A DNA stretch of 41,849 nt, taken from the NCBI GenBank assembly GCA_964639815.1, contig CAZXIB010000001.1, forward strand, positions 1 through 41,849, given 5' to 3'. The translations under genes were made by a program, and so were the position numbers. Below the pieces are notes generated by a model. The model ran no database searches. It saw only the letters and a list, made by a program, of their open reading frames with translations, and was not told where the DNA came from. Shown here one piece after another: positions 35,327-41,849 of the stretch. The stretch comes from an uncultured Thomasclavelia sp. GTDB taxonomy: Bacteria > Bacillota_I > Bacilli_A > Erysipelotrichales > Erysipelotrichaceae. The first letter of the stretch is position 1; every line of letters begins with the position of its first letter.

Positions 35327-36073
35327 ATGTTTGATTTTAACGGAAAAACAGTTCTAGTTACAGGAGGTGCTCAGGGCATTGGTAAGGAAGTAGTCCGTGG
35401 CGTCGTAAATGGCGGCGGTCATGCTGTAATCTTAGATCTTGATGAAGAAAAGGCCCATGCCACAGCCGAAGAGCTGGGTAGTTGCTCGGTTTATAAGATT
35501 GACCTAGGCGACAATGACAACATTCGTTCTGTAATGGCTAAGGTTCTTGGCGATTTTGAGCGGGTGGATGTACTGGTAAACTGCGGTGGTGTCGTATCCA
35601 CTGTTCCCTTCCAGGAAATAACCGACGCGGAGTGGGATCGCACGCTTCGTATCAACCTCACCGGTACTTTTACCACATGTTCAGCTATCTATCCCTACTT
35701 CATTGAAAAAAAAGGCGGACGGATTGTCAATGTATCATCGGTAGCCGGTAAGATTGGCGGCGGTTTACTGGGCACTGCAGCCTATGCCACTTCAAAGGCC
35801 GGCGTCAACGGTTTAACCAAGGCTATCGCCAAGGAAGGTGGCAAGTATGGTATTTCTTGTAATGCCGTATGCCCATCCTTTACTGTAACCGCCATGACGA
35901 AATCCCTATCCGAGGATGCAGAAAAGAGTGCCAAGGTTATCAGTATGATTCCTCTAGGCCGTGCCGCTAATCCTAGCGAGCCTGCACAGATGATTCTATT
36001 CTTCGCTTCAGATGCCGCTAGCTTCGTTAATGGGGAGATTGGCGACTGCGACGGTGGCATCGTCCTGGATTAA
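35327..36073 (+). CDS. Short-chain dehydrogenase/reductase (FabG/KduD-like)
   Basis: Cofactor motif VTGGAQGIG, NCGG, catalytic NVSS...YATSKAG. AAGGAGG SD. Confidence 0.85.
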   Translation: MFDFNGKTVLVTGGAQGIGKEVVRGVVNGGGHAVILDLDEEKAHATAEELGSCSVYKIDLGDNDNIRSVMAKVLGDFERVDVLVNCGGVVSTVPFQEITDAEWDRTLRINLTGTFTTCSAIYPYFIEKKGGRIVNVSSVAGKIGGGLLGTAAYATSKAGVNGLTKAIAKEGGKYGISCNAVCPSFTVTAMTKSLSEDAEKSAKVISMIPLGRAANPSEPAQMILFFASDAASFVNGEIGDCDGGIVLD

Positions 36074-36097
36074 CGAATAAAGGAGAGTTTAACGGTT

Positions 36098-37033
36098 ATG
36101 AGTAAACTAAAAATGAAGCGTTTCCCCGGTGACACTATTGTAATCCCCATGCTCATCGGTGTGGTACTCAATTCCTTTGTACCACAGGTGTTACAGATTG
36201 GTGGTTTTTTCACCGGTATTGTTGATGGCACCAGTGCACTAGTCGGTGTATTCTTACTCTTCATGGGTGCGACCATTGACATAAAAAGTACCCCAAAAGC
36301 TATCAAGATTGGTGCGGTAATCATCGTTACTAAGGTTGCTTTGTCAGTAATCTTAGGACTAGGCGTAGCCTTCCTCTTTAACGACAGCTTCCTAGGGCTT
36401 TCATCGCTAGCAATCATCAGTGCAATATCAGTCGCCAACAACGCCCTCTATTCGGGCATTGTGTCCCAGTATGACGATGACGCTGTCAAGGGTGCAGTCG
36501 CGATTACTTCGCTGAGCGTTGGCCCAACTGTTACTATGATTGCTCTAAGTTCCGCTGGCTTAGCTAGCATATCGATCTGGTCAATCGTAGGTTCAATCTT
36601 ACCTCTTATTCTTGGTATTATCCTAGGTAATGTATCTCCATGGTTCAAACAGACTCTTTCAGCTGGTGTAACCCCGTCTATTATCGTAGTCGGATTTGCA
36701 CTGGGTTGTGGGATGTCTATTCAGCAGTTGTTCCAAGGTGGCCTGTCTGGCATCCTGCTAGGCCTTATCACTGTCTTTGTAGTGGGAGGAATAACCATCC
36801 TTATGGACAAGATTACCGGAGGCAACGGTGTTGCTGGTGCAGCAATTTCTAGTACTGCTGCCAGCGGTGTATCCAATCCTGGCGCTTTAGCTGCTGTGGA
36901 TTCATCCTATGCCGACATTGCTCCTATTGCCACTGCTCAAGTAGCGGCTTCTGTAATTGTCACCTCCTTCTTGACCCCCATGCTGGCCAACTTTGTGGCA
37001 AAGCGTTCGGCTAAGAAGCAACAATCCCAGTAG
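36098..37033 (+). CDS. kdgT: 2-keto-3-deoxygluconate permease (KdgT family)
   Basis: The N-terminus KRFPGDTIVIPMLIGVVLNSFVPQVLQIGGFFTG parallels B. subtilis KdgT (IPGGMM.VPL..GA.LNTF.P..L.IGGFT). About 10 TM segments. Followed by a strong intrinsic terminator. Confidence 0.8.
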   Translation: MSKLKMKRFPGDTIVIPMLIGVVLNSFVPQVLQIGGFFTGIVDGTSALVGVFLLFMGATIDIKSTPKAIKIGAVIIVTKVALSVILGLGVAFLFNDSFLGLSSLAIISAISVANNALYSGIVSQYDDDAVKGAVAITSLSVGPTVTMIALSSAGLASISIWSIVGSILPLILGIILGNVSPWFKQTLSAGVTPSIIVVGFALGCGMSIQQLFQGGLSGILLGLITVFVVGGITILMDKITGGNGVAGAAISSTAASGVSNPGALAAVDSSYADIAPIATAQVAASVIVTSFLTPMLANFVAKRSAKKQQSQ

Positions 37034-37080
37034 AAGTGGCTCAGGCATCTTCTTTCTAAGCCATCGTGCTAACAACACAA

Positions 37081-37108
37081 GCCCGCCTTCCAAAAGGGGC
37101 GGGTTTTT
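37081..37108 (+). terminator. Intrinsic terminator after kdgT
   Basis: CCCGCC (37082-37087) / GGCGGG (37098-37103) stem with a 10-nt loop, followed by TTTTT. Confidence 0.8.
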
Positions 37109-37162
37109 GCCCAGGTTTACACACAATTTACGCCGTGACACAACATGGGAAAATGTTTGATA

Positions 37163-37176
37163 AGATAATAAGCTCT
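37163..37176. repeat. Right copy of the 13/14 inverted repeat flanking the GC-rich island
   Basis: AGATAATAAGCTCT is the reverse complement of the left copy, with one mismatch. Confidence 0.4.
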
Positions 37177-37217
37177 TAGGTTTTATTTTGTAAGTAACGA
37201 TAAAAATCAAACTGCAA

Positions 37218-37256
37218 GAAAAATAGTGCCATTAGATGTTTCAACATCATAGGCAC
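37218..37256 (-). terminator. Intrinsic terminator after the YcxB-like gene
   Basis: On the minus strand, outer GTGCC...GGCAC and inner GATGTT-ga-AACATC helices are followed by TATTTTTCT. Confidence 0.5.
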
Positions 37257-37279
37257 CACTAATTAAAGTTTGACTTTTG

Positions 37280-37801
37280 CTATTTCGGTTTTCTAACGAG
37301 ATTAAATCTAGCTAAGTAGCCTTTTAACTTAGTCAAGTCGTTGTCCTTTACAAAACCACTCTTCTTGATGATGACGTAGTTGCTGTAGGCAAAGGTGATG
37401 AGTAGTTGTTTCTTGGTTTCGACTACTTTATAGATGTCTTTGTATTCAATCTTGTATGAGCCATCTAGTGTTTCGTTTTCAACCCTTAAGTAGAGGTCAT
37501 AAAAATATATCGTGAACTTTTGGACGTTACCCTGTTTAGCTATCCGCAATTTAATATACCAGATGACGGCTCTAAGGAAAGGCCACACAAAGCCAATCCA
37601 CGCTGTTATGATTAGTAAGGCTAGGCCCATAATAAGGGCTGACAAGCTGGTAAATAGAGAATCTAAGTTAACTACTATATACCAGGCAAAAAACGCAAAC
37701 ATAATGGCATAGAATGCCGTAAGTAGTCGGTGAACCAAGAAGTTACCCTTCAGGATGTCGATAAAACCTATCTCTTCATTGTTAATAATCTTCGCTTTCA
37801 T
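37280..37801 (-). CDS. YcxB-like membrane protein (2 TM plus C-terminal YcxB/PH-like domain)
   Basis: Central TM pair, then YKDIYKVVETKKQLLITFAYSNYVIIKKSGF, typical of the YcxB-like domain. The track ORF (to 38017) is trimmed to ATG 37801 because the extension is antisense to the NUDIX gene and crosses the promoter. A TATAAT lies 6 nt upstream of this ATG. Confidence 0.55.
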   Translation of the reverse strand: MKAKIINNEEIGFIDILKGNFLVHRLLTAFYAIMFAFFAWYIVVNLDSLFTSLSALIMGLALLIITAWIGFVWPFLRAVIWYIKLRIAKQGNVQKFTIYFYDLYLRVENETLDGSYKIEYKDIYKVVETKKQLLITFAYSNYVIIKKSGFVKDNDLTKLKGYLARFNLVRKPK

Positions 37802-37816
37802 GGGTCTATTATACAT
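37799..37816 (-). promoter_or_regulatory. TATAAT-N6-ATG leaderless promoter candidate for the YcxB-like gene
   Basis: On the minus strand, TGTATAAT is the complement of 37808-37815, the spacer is agaccc, and the ATG is the complement of 37799-37801. Confidence 0.45.
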
Positions 37817-37844
37817 TTGATATCGGCTTTTTTTCAAAAACCAG

Positions 37845-37865
37845 TATAATAGGGCTAGACATATG
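37845..37865 (+). promoter_or_regulatory. Promoter with very short leader for the nudF-like operon
   Basis: TATAAT at 37845-37850, ATG at 37863 (12-nt gap, no SD). Divergent from the YcxB-like promoter. Confidence 0.4.
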
Positions 37866-38393
37866 GAAAAACTTGTAAAATCTAAGACAGTATATGAAGG
37901 TCGTGTTGTCTCCCTTAAGGTCGATGATGTCGAGCTATTTGATAAAAAACTGGCTAAACGGGAAGTCGTCGTGCACCATGGAGGGGCCTGCATCGCTGTC
38001 AAGTCGCCGCGAGACACCTACTACCTCGTAAGACAGTACCGCTACGCTCAAGGTGAGGAAATGCTTGAATTTTGCGCCGGTAAGCTTGAAGAGGGCGAAG
38101 ACCATAGAGAAACCGTCATCAGAGAGGCGAGGGAAGAGCTGGGGGTCGAAGTAAAAGACCTCAAGTACCATGGCTATATGGTACCTACCTGTGGCTATTC
38201 TAGTGAAAAGATATATCTGTATAGCGCCACAGCTACCGCATACTTAGGCCAAGACCTCGATGAGGATGAATACCTATCGACCATTGAAGCTAGTCTTGAT
38301 GAGATACAGGCTATGATAGCTGATGGTCGTATCACCGATGGCAAGACCATCTGTCTTGTCTATCACTTATTAAATGGAGGAACAGATGCATAA
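37863..38393 (+). CDS. nudF: ADP-ribose pyrophosphatase (NUDIX hydrolase, NudF-like)
   Basis: Nudix box GKLEEGEDHRETVIREAREELG. The N-terminal VYEGRVVSLKVDDVEL and DEDEYL regions run parallel to B. subtilis NudF. Confidence 0.8.
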   Translation: MEKLVKSKTVYEGRVVSLKVDDVELFDKKLAKREVVVHHGGACIAVKSPRDTYYLVRQYRYAQGEEMLEFCAGKLEEGEDHRETVIREAREELGVEVKDLKYHGYMVPTCGYSSEKIYLYSATATAYLGQDLDEDEYLSTIEASLDEIQAMIADGRITDGKTICLVYHLLNGGTDA

Positions 38394-38646
38394 AATTTCA
38401 AAACAAGACCTCATGACTTATATAGAAGAGGGTAAAGAAACTCCTGTCATCATCACTGATGATGGCTGGGATTTATATGCCTTAATCAATATGGATGATT
38501 ATGAGACGCTTATGGAGGCTAAGGAGCTAATGGCTGATGACGCAGAAGCTGCCTTTTATAACTCTAAAGAATATCGGGATGCTTGCGAGAAGTTTATAAC
38601 TATCTTCAATAAGTTATTTGGCCCGGATACGGAGAAGATGAATTAA
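38386..38646 (+). CDS. Small Phd/YefM-antitoxin-like protein (86 aa), tentative
   Basis: ISKQDLMTYIEEGKETPVIITDDGWDLYALINMDDYETLMEAKEL follows the Phd/YefM N-terminal pattern. GGAGG SD at 38376-38380. The start overlaps the nudF 3' end and the stop overlaps the tmk ATG (TAATG). Confidence 0.35.
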   Translation: MHKISKQDLMTYIEEGKETPVIITDDGWDLYALINMDDYETLMEAKELMADDAEAAFYNSKEYRDACEKFITIFNKLFGPDTEKMN

Positions 38647-39272
38647 TGGCTAAAGGCCTGTTTATAACGGTCGAAGGGCCAGATGGGTCTGGTAAGTCGA
38701 CAGTTGTACCCAAAGTCGCTGAGCGTTTAATCGCTGATGGCTATAAGATAACGACAACTAGAGAGCCCGGTGGAGTAAAGATTGCCGAAGAGATTAGAAG
38801 GGTCATATTAGACCCAGCTAATACGGCGATGGATGCCAAGACCGAAGCTCTTTTATATGCCGCTGCTCGCCGCCAACACCTAATCGAAAAGATACTACCA
38901 GCCTTAGATGCTGGTACAACAGTTCTTTGCGAGCGTTTTGTCGATTCATCTTTAGCTTATCAGGGCTTTGGTAGGGGCATTGGTTATGAGGCTGTATTGG
39001 ATTTAAATAGCTTTGCCGTAGATGGTCACTTTCCTGATTTAACCATTTACTTCGATATTGATGAAAAGACAGGACTTAAACGTATAGCTAAAGGCCGTCA
39101 TAACACCGATAGATTAGACCAAGAGTCTTTAGCCTTTCATACCGAAGTTCATAAGGGTTATCACTATATAAACGAGATTTTTAAAGAGCGCATCATAAAG
39201 GTTGACGCCACTAAGGATATAGAGACAGTAGTAGATACGACCTATAAAATCATCAAGGAGCACCTGTGCTAA
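38646..39272 (+). CDS. tmk: Thymidylate kinase
   Basis: P-loop FITVEGPDGSGKST, TREPGG, DRF-like ERFVDSSLAYQG. Confidence 0.95.
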   Translation: MAKGLFITVEGPDGSGKSTVVPKVAERLIADGYKITTTREPGGVKIAEEIRRVILDPANTAMDAKTEALLYAAARRQHLIEKILPALDAGTTVLCERFVDSSLAYQGFGRGIGYEAVLDLNSFAVDGHFPDLTIYFDIDEKTGLKRIAKGRHNTDRLDQESLAFHTEVHKGYHYINEIFKERIIKVDATKDIETVVDTTYKIIKEHLC

Positions 39273-40231
39273 AACAAGACCTCGAAAAGTATCAGCCTAA
39301 GGTCTATCGTCTCTTGCGCAGTGCCTTAAAAAATGGTCGTCTGGCCCACTTTTATCTATTAGCTGGCCCTAAAGACCCTCTCAAGTTAAAGACGGCCTAT
39401 CTCTTAGCTCAGTCTATAATTGAAGGGAATAATGAATTTGCCTGTGAAGAATGTGATACTTGTAGGCGCATCGCTGAAAACAATTACTTTGACTTTTATT
39501 TTATTGATGGTCGTACCAAGAAGATACTAGTTGAAGATATAAGTAAGCTATATGAGCGCTTTTCTAGCACAGCCTTAGAAAAAGCTGGTAAGCGCGTCTA
39601 TATCATCGCTGATATTGATAACGTTTCATCAGAAAAGGTCTGGACGATGTTGCTTAAGTATATAGAGGAGCCAAATGATGACATCTATGCCATTATGACG
39701 ACCGATAATATCGATGGCATCTTACCTACCATTATATCCCGAGCCCAGACTATAGAATTCAGCGCTCCTTTACAAGAGCACATAAGTGATATTTACAAAG
39801 AGCAGGGTCTTGATAGTAATGATGCCTATATTCTCAGTCGTATCCGTAGTGATATAGGTACCGTAGATGATAGTTATAATCGAGCTTTAGTGGTCTTTGA
39901 TAAAACAGTAGACTGTCTAAAAGACATCGACTATCTTCCCATCATGTATCAAAGGGAGGTCTATGAGCCCCTTAAAGGTGACGCGATGGCTCTTGATGCC
40001 TTTATCAAAGACTACCTCAGACTGTTTGCCCTATACTTATCCGATAGTTTTGATGCTAGGGGGCCACTTAATATACCAGAGGTCTTTACATCTATCGATA
40101 CAGCTGGATTACTGGAGCTAGTCTTAGATATTTTGTCTAAAAGCGATTATAATTACGATAAGAGACTCTTGATGGATCAGTTAGCATATCGCATCAAGAA
40201 ACATATCGAAGGAGTCCAAGATGGAAGATAA
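39266..40231 (+). CDS. holB: DNA polymerase III subunit delta prime
   Basis: LAHFYLLAGP (degenerate P-loop typical of delta prime), zinc module CEECDTCRR, and SRAQ sensor motif TIISRAQTIEF. tmk-holB-ricT synteny. GTG start after AAGGAG. Confidence 0.85.
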   Translation: MLKQDLEKYQPKVYRLLRSALKNGRLAHFYLLAGPKDPLKLKTAYLLAQSIIEGNNEFACEECDTCRRIAENNYFDFYFIDGRTKKILVEDISKLYERFSSTALEKAGKRVYIIADIDNVSSEKVWTMLLKYIEEPNDDIYAIMTTDNIDGILPTIISRAQTIEFSAPLQEHISDIYKEQGLDSNDAYILSRIRSDIGTVDDSYNRALVVFDKTVDCLKDIDYLPIMYQREVYEPLKGDAMALDAFIKDYLRLFALYLSDSFDARGPLNIPEVFTSIDTAGLLELVLDILSKSDYNYDKRLLMDQLAYRIKKHIEGVQDGR

Positions 40232-41087
40232 ACTTATCCAACATTGTATCAGTGTCCGCTATGAAGCTACCGGCAAGACAGTCGTATTGGCCACTGATGA
40301 CTTGAGTATAAAAAGAGACGACTTAGTCGTTTGTGAGGCCGAATTTGGCGGCAACTTCGCTAGAGCTGTTAGCGATGTATCGACATATGATGGTGATAAA
40401 GAGCTCATGCCTATCATTCGCAAGGCCAGTCCTTTTGATATCGAAAACTACAATCGAAACAAGATAGATGCCAAAGAAGCCTTGGCTTTTTGTCAAAAAG
40501 AAGCGGATATGCTAGGCCTAGAAATGCGTCTAGCTATGGCTGAGTATACCCTAGATAGGTCAAAACTTACCTTTATATATACCGCTGATGAGCGAGTCGA
40601 TTTTAGAGAGTTATTAAAGATACTAGCCTCTAACTTCCACTGTCGTATTGAACTTAGACAGGTCGGAGCTCGCGATAAGGCTAAGCTTATTAAAGGCGTT
40701 GGCCCATGTGGTAGAGAACTGTGTTGTGGACGCTTTATGAGTGACTTCGACATGGTTTCTATAAACATGGCGAAAAACCAATTACTAGCCCTCAACATTC
40801 AAAAACTAAGTGGCCACTGTGGTAAGCTCATGTGCTGTCTCAAATTTGAAGATGAGGCCTATAAAGAGCTAAGACAGGGTCTACCTAAACTCAATGCTCA
40901 AGTGGAGTATGAAGGAGAAAACTTTAGGCTCACTTCCATGAACGTTATTGCCCGAACATGTAAGCTAGAAAATAAAGAAAACGCCATTTTCATCTCACTT
41001 GATGACTTATTAGCTAAGGGGCAAATAAAAAAGCCCCAGAGTAAACGACCTGATAAGGATGAGACGACAGAAGAGTTATCAGAATGA
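40221..41087 (+). CDS. ricT: PSP1-domain regulatory protein RicT (YaaT)
   Basis: PSP1 C-terminal domain with LRQVGARD and cysteine-rich GPCGRELCC...GHCGKLMCCL motifs. Located downstream of holB. Confidence 0.85.
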   Translation: MEDKLIQHCISVRYEATGKTVVLATDDLSIKRDDLVVCEAEFGGNFARAVSDVSTYDGDKELMPIIRKASPFDIENYNRNKIDAKEALAFCQKEADMLGLEMRLAMAEYTLDRSKLTFIYTADERVDFRELLKILASNFHCRIELRQVGARDKAKLIKGVGPCGRELCCGRFMSDFDMVSINMAKNQLLALNIQKLSGHCGKLMCCLKFEDEAYKELRQGLPKLNAQVEYEGENFRLTSMNVIARTCKLENKENAIFISLDDLLAKGQIKKPQSKRPDKDETTEELSE

Positions 41088-41849
41088 TAAGGCAACACTC
41101 TACCTCGTTGCCACGCCCATTGGTAATCTCAACGAGTTTTCCAAAAGGGCCATCTATATCCTTAAGGAAGTGTCTTATATCGCTTGTGAAGATACTAGGG
41201 TAACGAAGACTCTATTAGACCACTATGAGATTAAAGCTCGTCTTTTGGCCTACCATAACTTCAATGAGAAAGCTAGTAGTGAGGGATTAATAAAGCTACT
41301 AGATGAGGGTTATGATGTAGCTTTAGTCAGTGATGCGGGATATCCGCTTATATCAGATCCCGGTTTTTCTATTGTCACTAAGGCGATAGAGAAAGGCATA
41401 AATGTCTTAACGGTATCAGGACCCAGTGCTGGTATTAATGCCTTAGTAGCTTCAGGTTTACCATCCGAGCACTATCTCTTTTATGGCTTTTTAAAGGAAA
41501 AGGGCACACAGGCAATAAGTGAACTTCGCAGTCTTTCTACTTTTCCCTATACCATCATCTTTTATGAGGCCCCACACCGTTTACGGACTACTCTAAGGTC
41601 AATGTATGAGGTCTTCGGCGATAGAAAGGCCTGTATAGCCCGTGAGCTAACCAAGATACACGAGGAGTATATAAGAGGAACACTAGGTGAATTTTTAGAG
41701 CTAGAAGACCTAAAAGGGGAGATGGTTATAATCGTCACTGGCTATATCAAAGAAGAGCTGACCATTGATTATAGTGAAGTAACAGTCATGGTAGAGACCC
41801 TAATCGAAGATGGTATGAGCTCTAAAGATGCCATAAGAAAGGTCTCTAG
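41059..41849 (+). CDS. rsmI: 16S rRNA (cytidine1402-2'-O)-methyltransferase RsmI, 3'-truncated by the window end
   Basis: Not in the ORF track because there is no stop before the window end. The frame starting at ATG 41059 reads MRRQKSYQNDKATLYLVATPIGNL...ACEDTR...SDAGYPLISDPGF...FYEAPHR, the RsmI/YabC signature. It overlaps the ricT 3' end by 29 nt. Confidence 0.85.
   Translation, partial: MRRQKSYQNDKATLYLVATPIGNLNEFSKRAIYILKEVSYIACEDTRVTKTLLDHYEIKARLLAYHNFNEKASSEGLIKLLDEGYDVALVSDAGYPLISDPGFSIVTKAIEKGINVLTVSGPSAGINALVASGLPSEHYLFYGFLKEKGTQAISELRSLSTFPYTIIFYEAPHRLRTTLRSMYEVFGDRKACIARELTKIHEEYIRGTLGEFLELEDLKGEMVIIVTGYIKEELTIDYSEVTVMVETLIEDGMSSKDAIRKVS

Noticed and set aside
36070-36441. A 123-aa minus-strand ORF, plus further ORFs (36448..36648, 36640..36852, 36902..37210) overlapping kdgT.
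   Set aside because: These are shadow ORFs favoured by the higher GC of the island. The plus-strand frame encodes a clear KdgT-family permease.
33912-37108. Calling the GC-rich block a mobile element.
   Set aside because: There is no integrase, transposase, tRNA target or direct-repeat duplication. Only a short flanking inverted repeat is present. I report it as an acquired island, not as a mobile_element feature.
37802-38017. The N-terminal 72-codon extension of the 245-aa minus-strand ORF.
   Set aside because: It is antisense to the well-supported NUDIX gene and crosses both divergent promoters. Its sequence is low-complexity (S/T-rich). A TATAAT-N6-ATG fits the internal start at 37801.

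Overview
This is a 41.8-kb chromosomal segment from a low-GC Gram-positive bacterium (Bacillota; gene content resembles Bacilli or Erysipelotrichia, finer taxon not determinable). TGA is used as a stop codon, so the standard bacterial code applies. I support 40 protein genes and found no rRNA, tRNA, CRISPR array, transposase or integrase.

Most of the window is tightly packed plus-strand housekeeping:
- S41 protease, PHP phosphatase, uvrB, rapZ-yvcK-whiA
- mnmE-tatD-rnmV-rsmA-ispE, a GlmU-like gene, prs
- a complete pstSCAB-phoU plus OmpR-type regulator and PhoR-like kinase string
- convergent addBA, then gpmI
- nudF-like, tmk-holB-ricT, and rsmI (cut by the window end and missing from the ORF track)

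Observations worth a second look:
1. An uncharacterised, translationally coupled module at about 9.5-13.2 kb: an XpaC-like membrane protein, a helical protein, a tandem AAA+ ATPase and a 63-aa two-TM microprotein. It sits beside two further unknown genes at 8.0-9.5 kb. This is my best candidate for an undescribed system, but its function cannot be read from the sequence.
2. A recurrent TATAAT-N6-ATG arrangement at operon heads, implying frequent leaderless mRNAs.
3. A GC-richer, apparently acquired three-gene island at 33.9-37.1 kb (PucR-type regulator, SDR, KdgT permease), flanked by a 13/14 inverted repeat.
4. An orphan promoter plus a GC-rich foldable element of about 85 nt, ending in a T-run, upstream of gpmI.
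5. A GlmU homologue with an eroded uridyltransferase domain.
6. An orphan Phd/YefM-like gene coupled to tmk.

All family assignments rest on motif recognition by eye. No searches were run.
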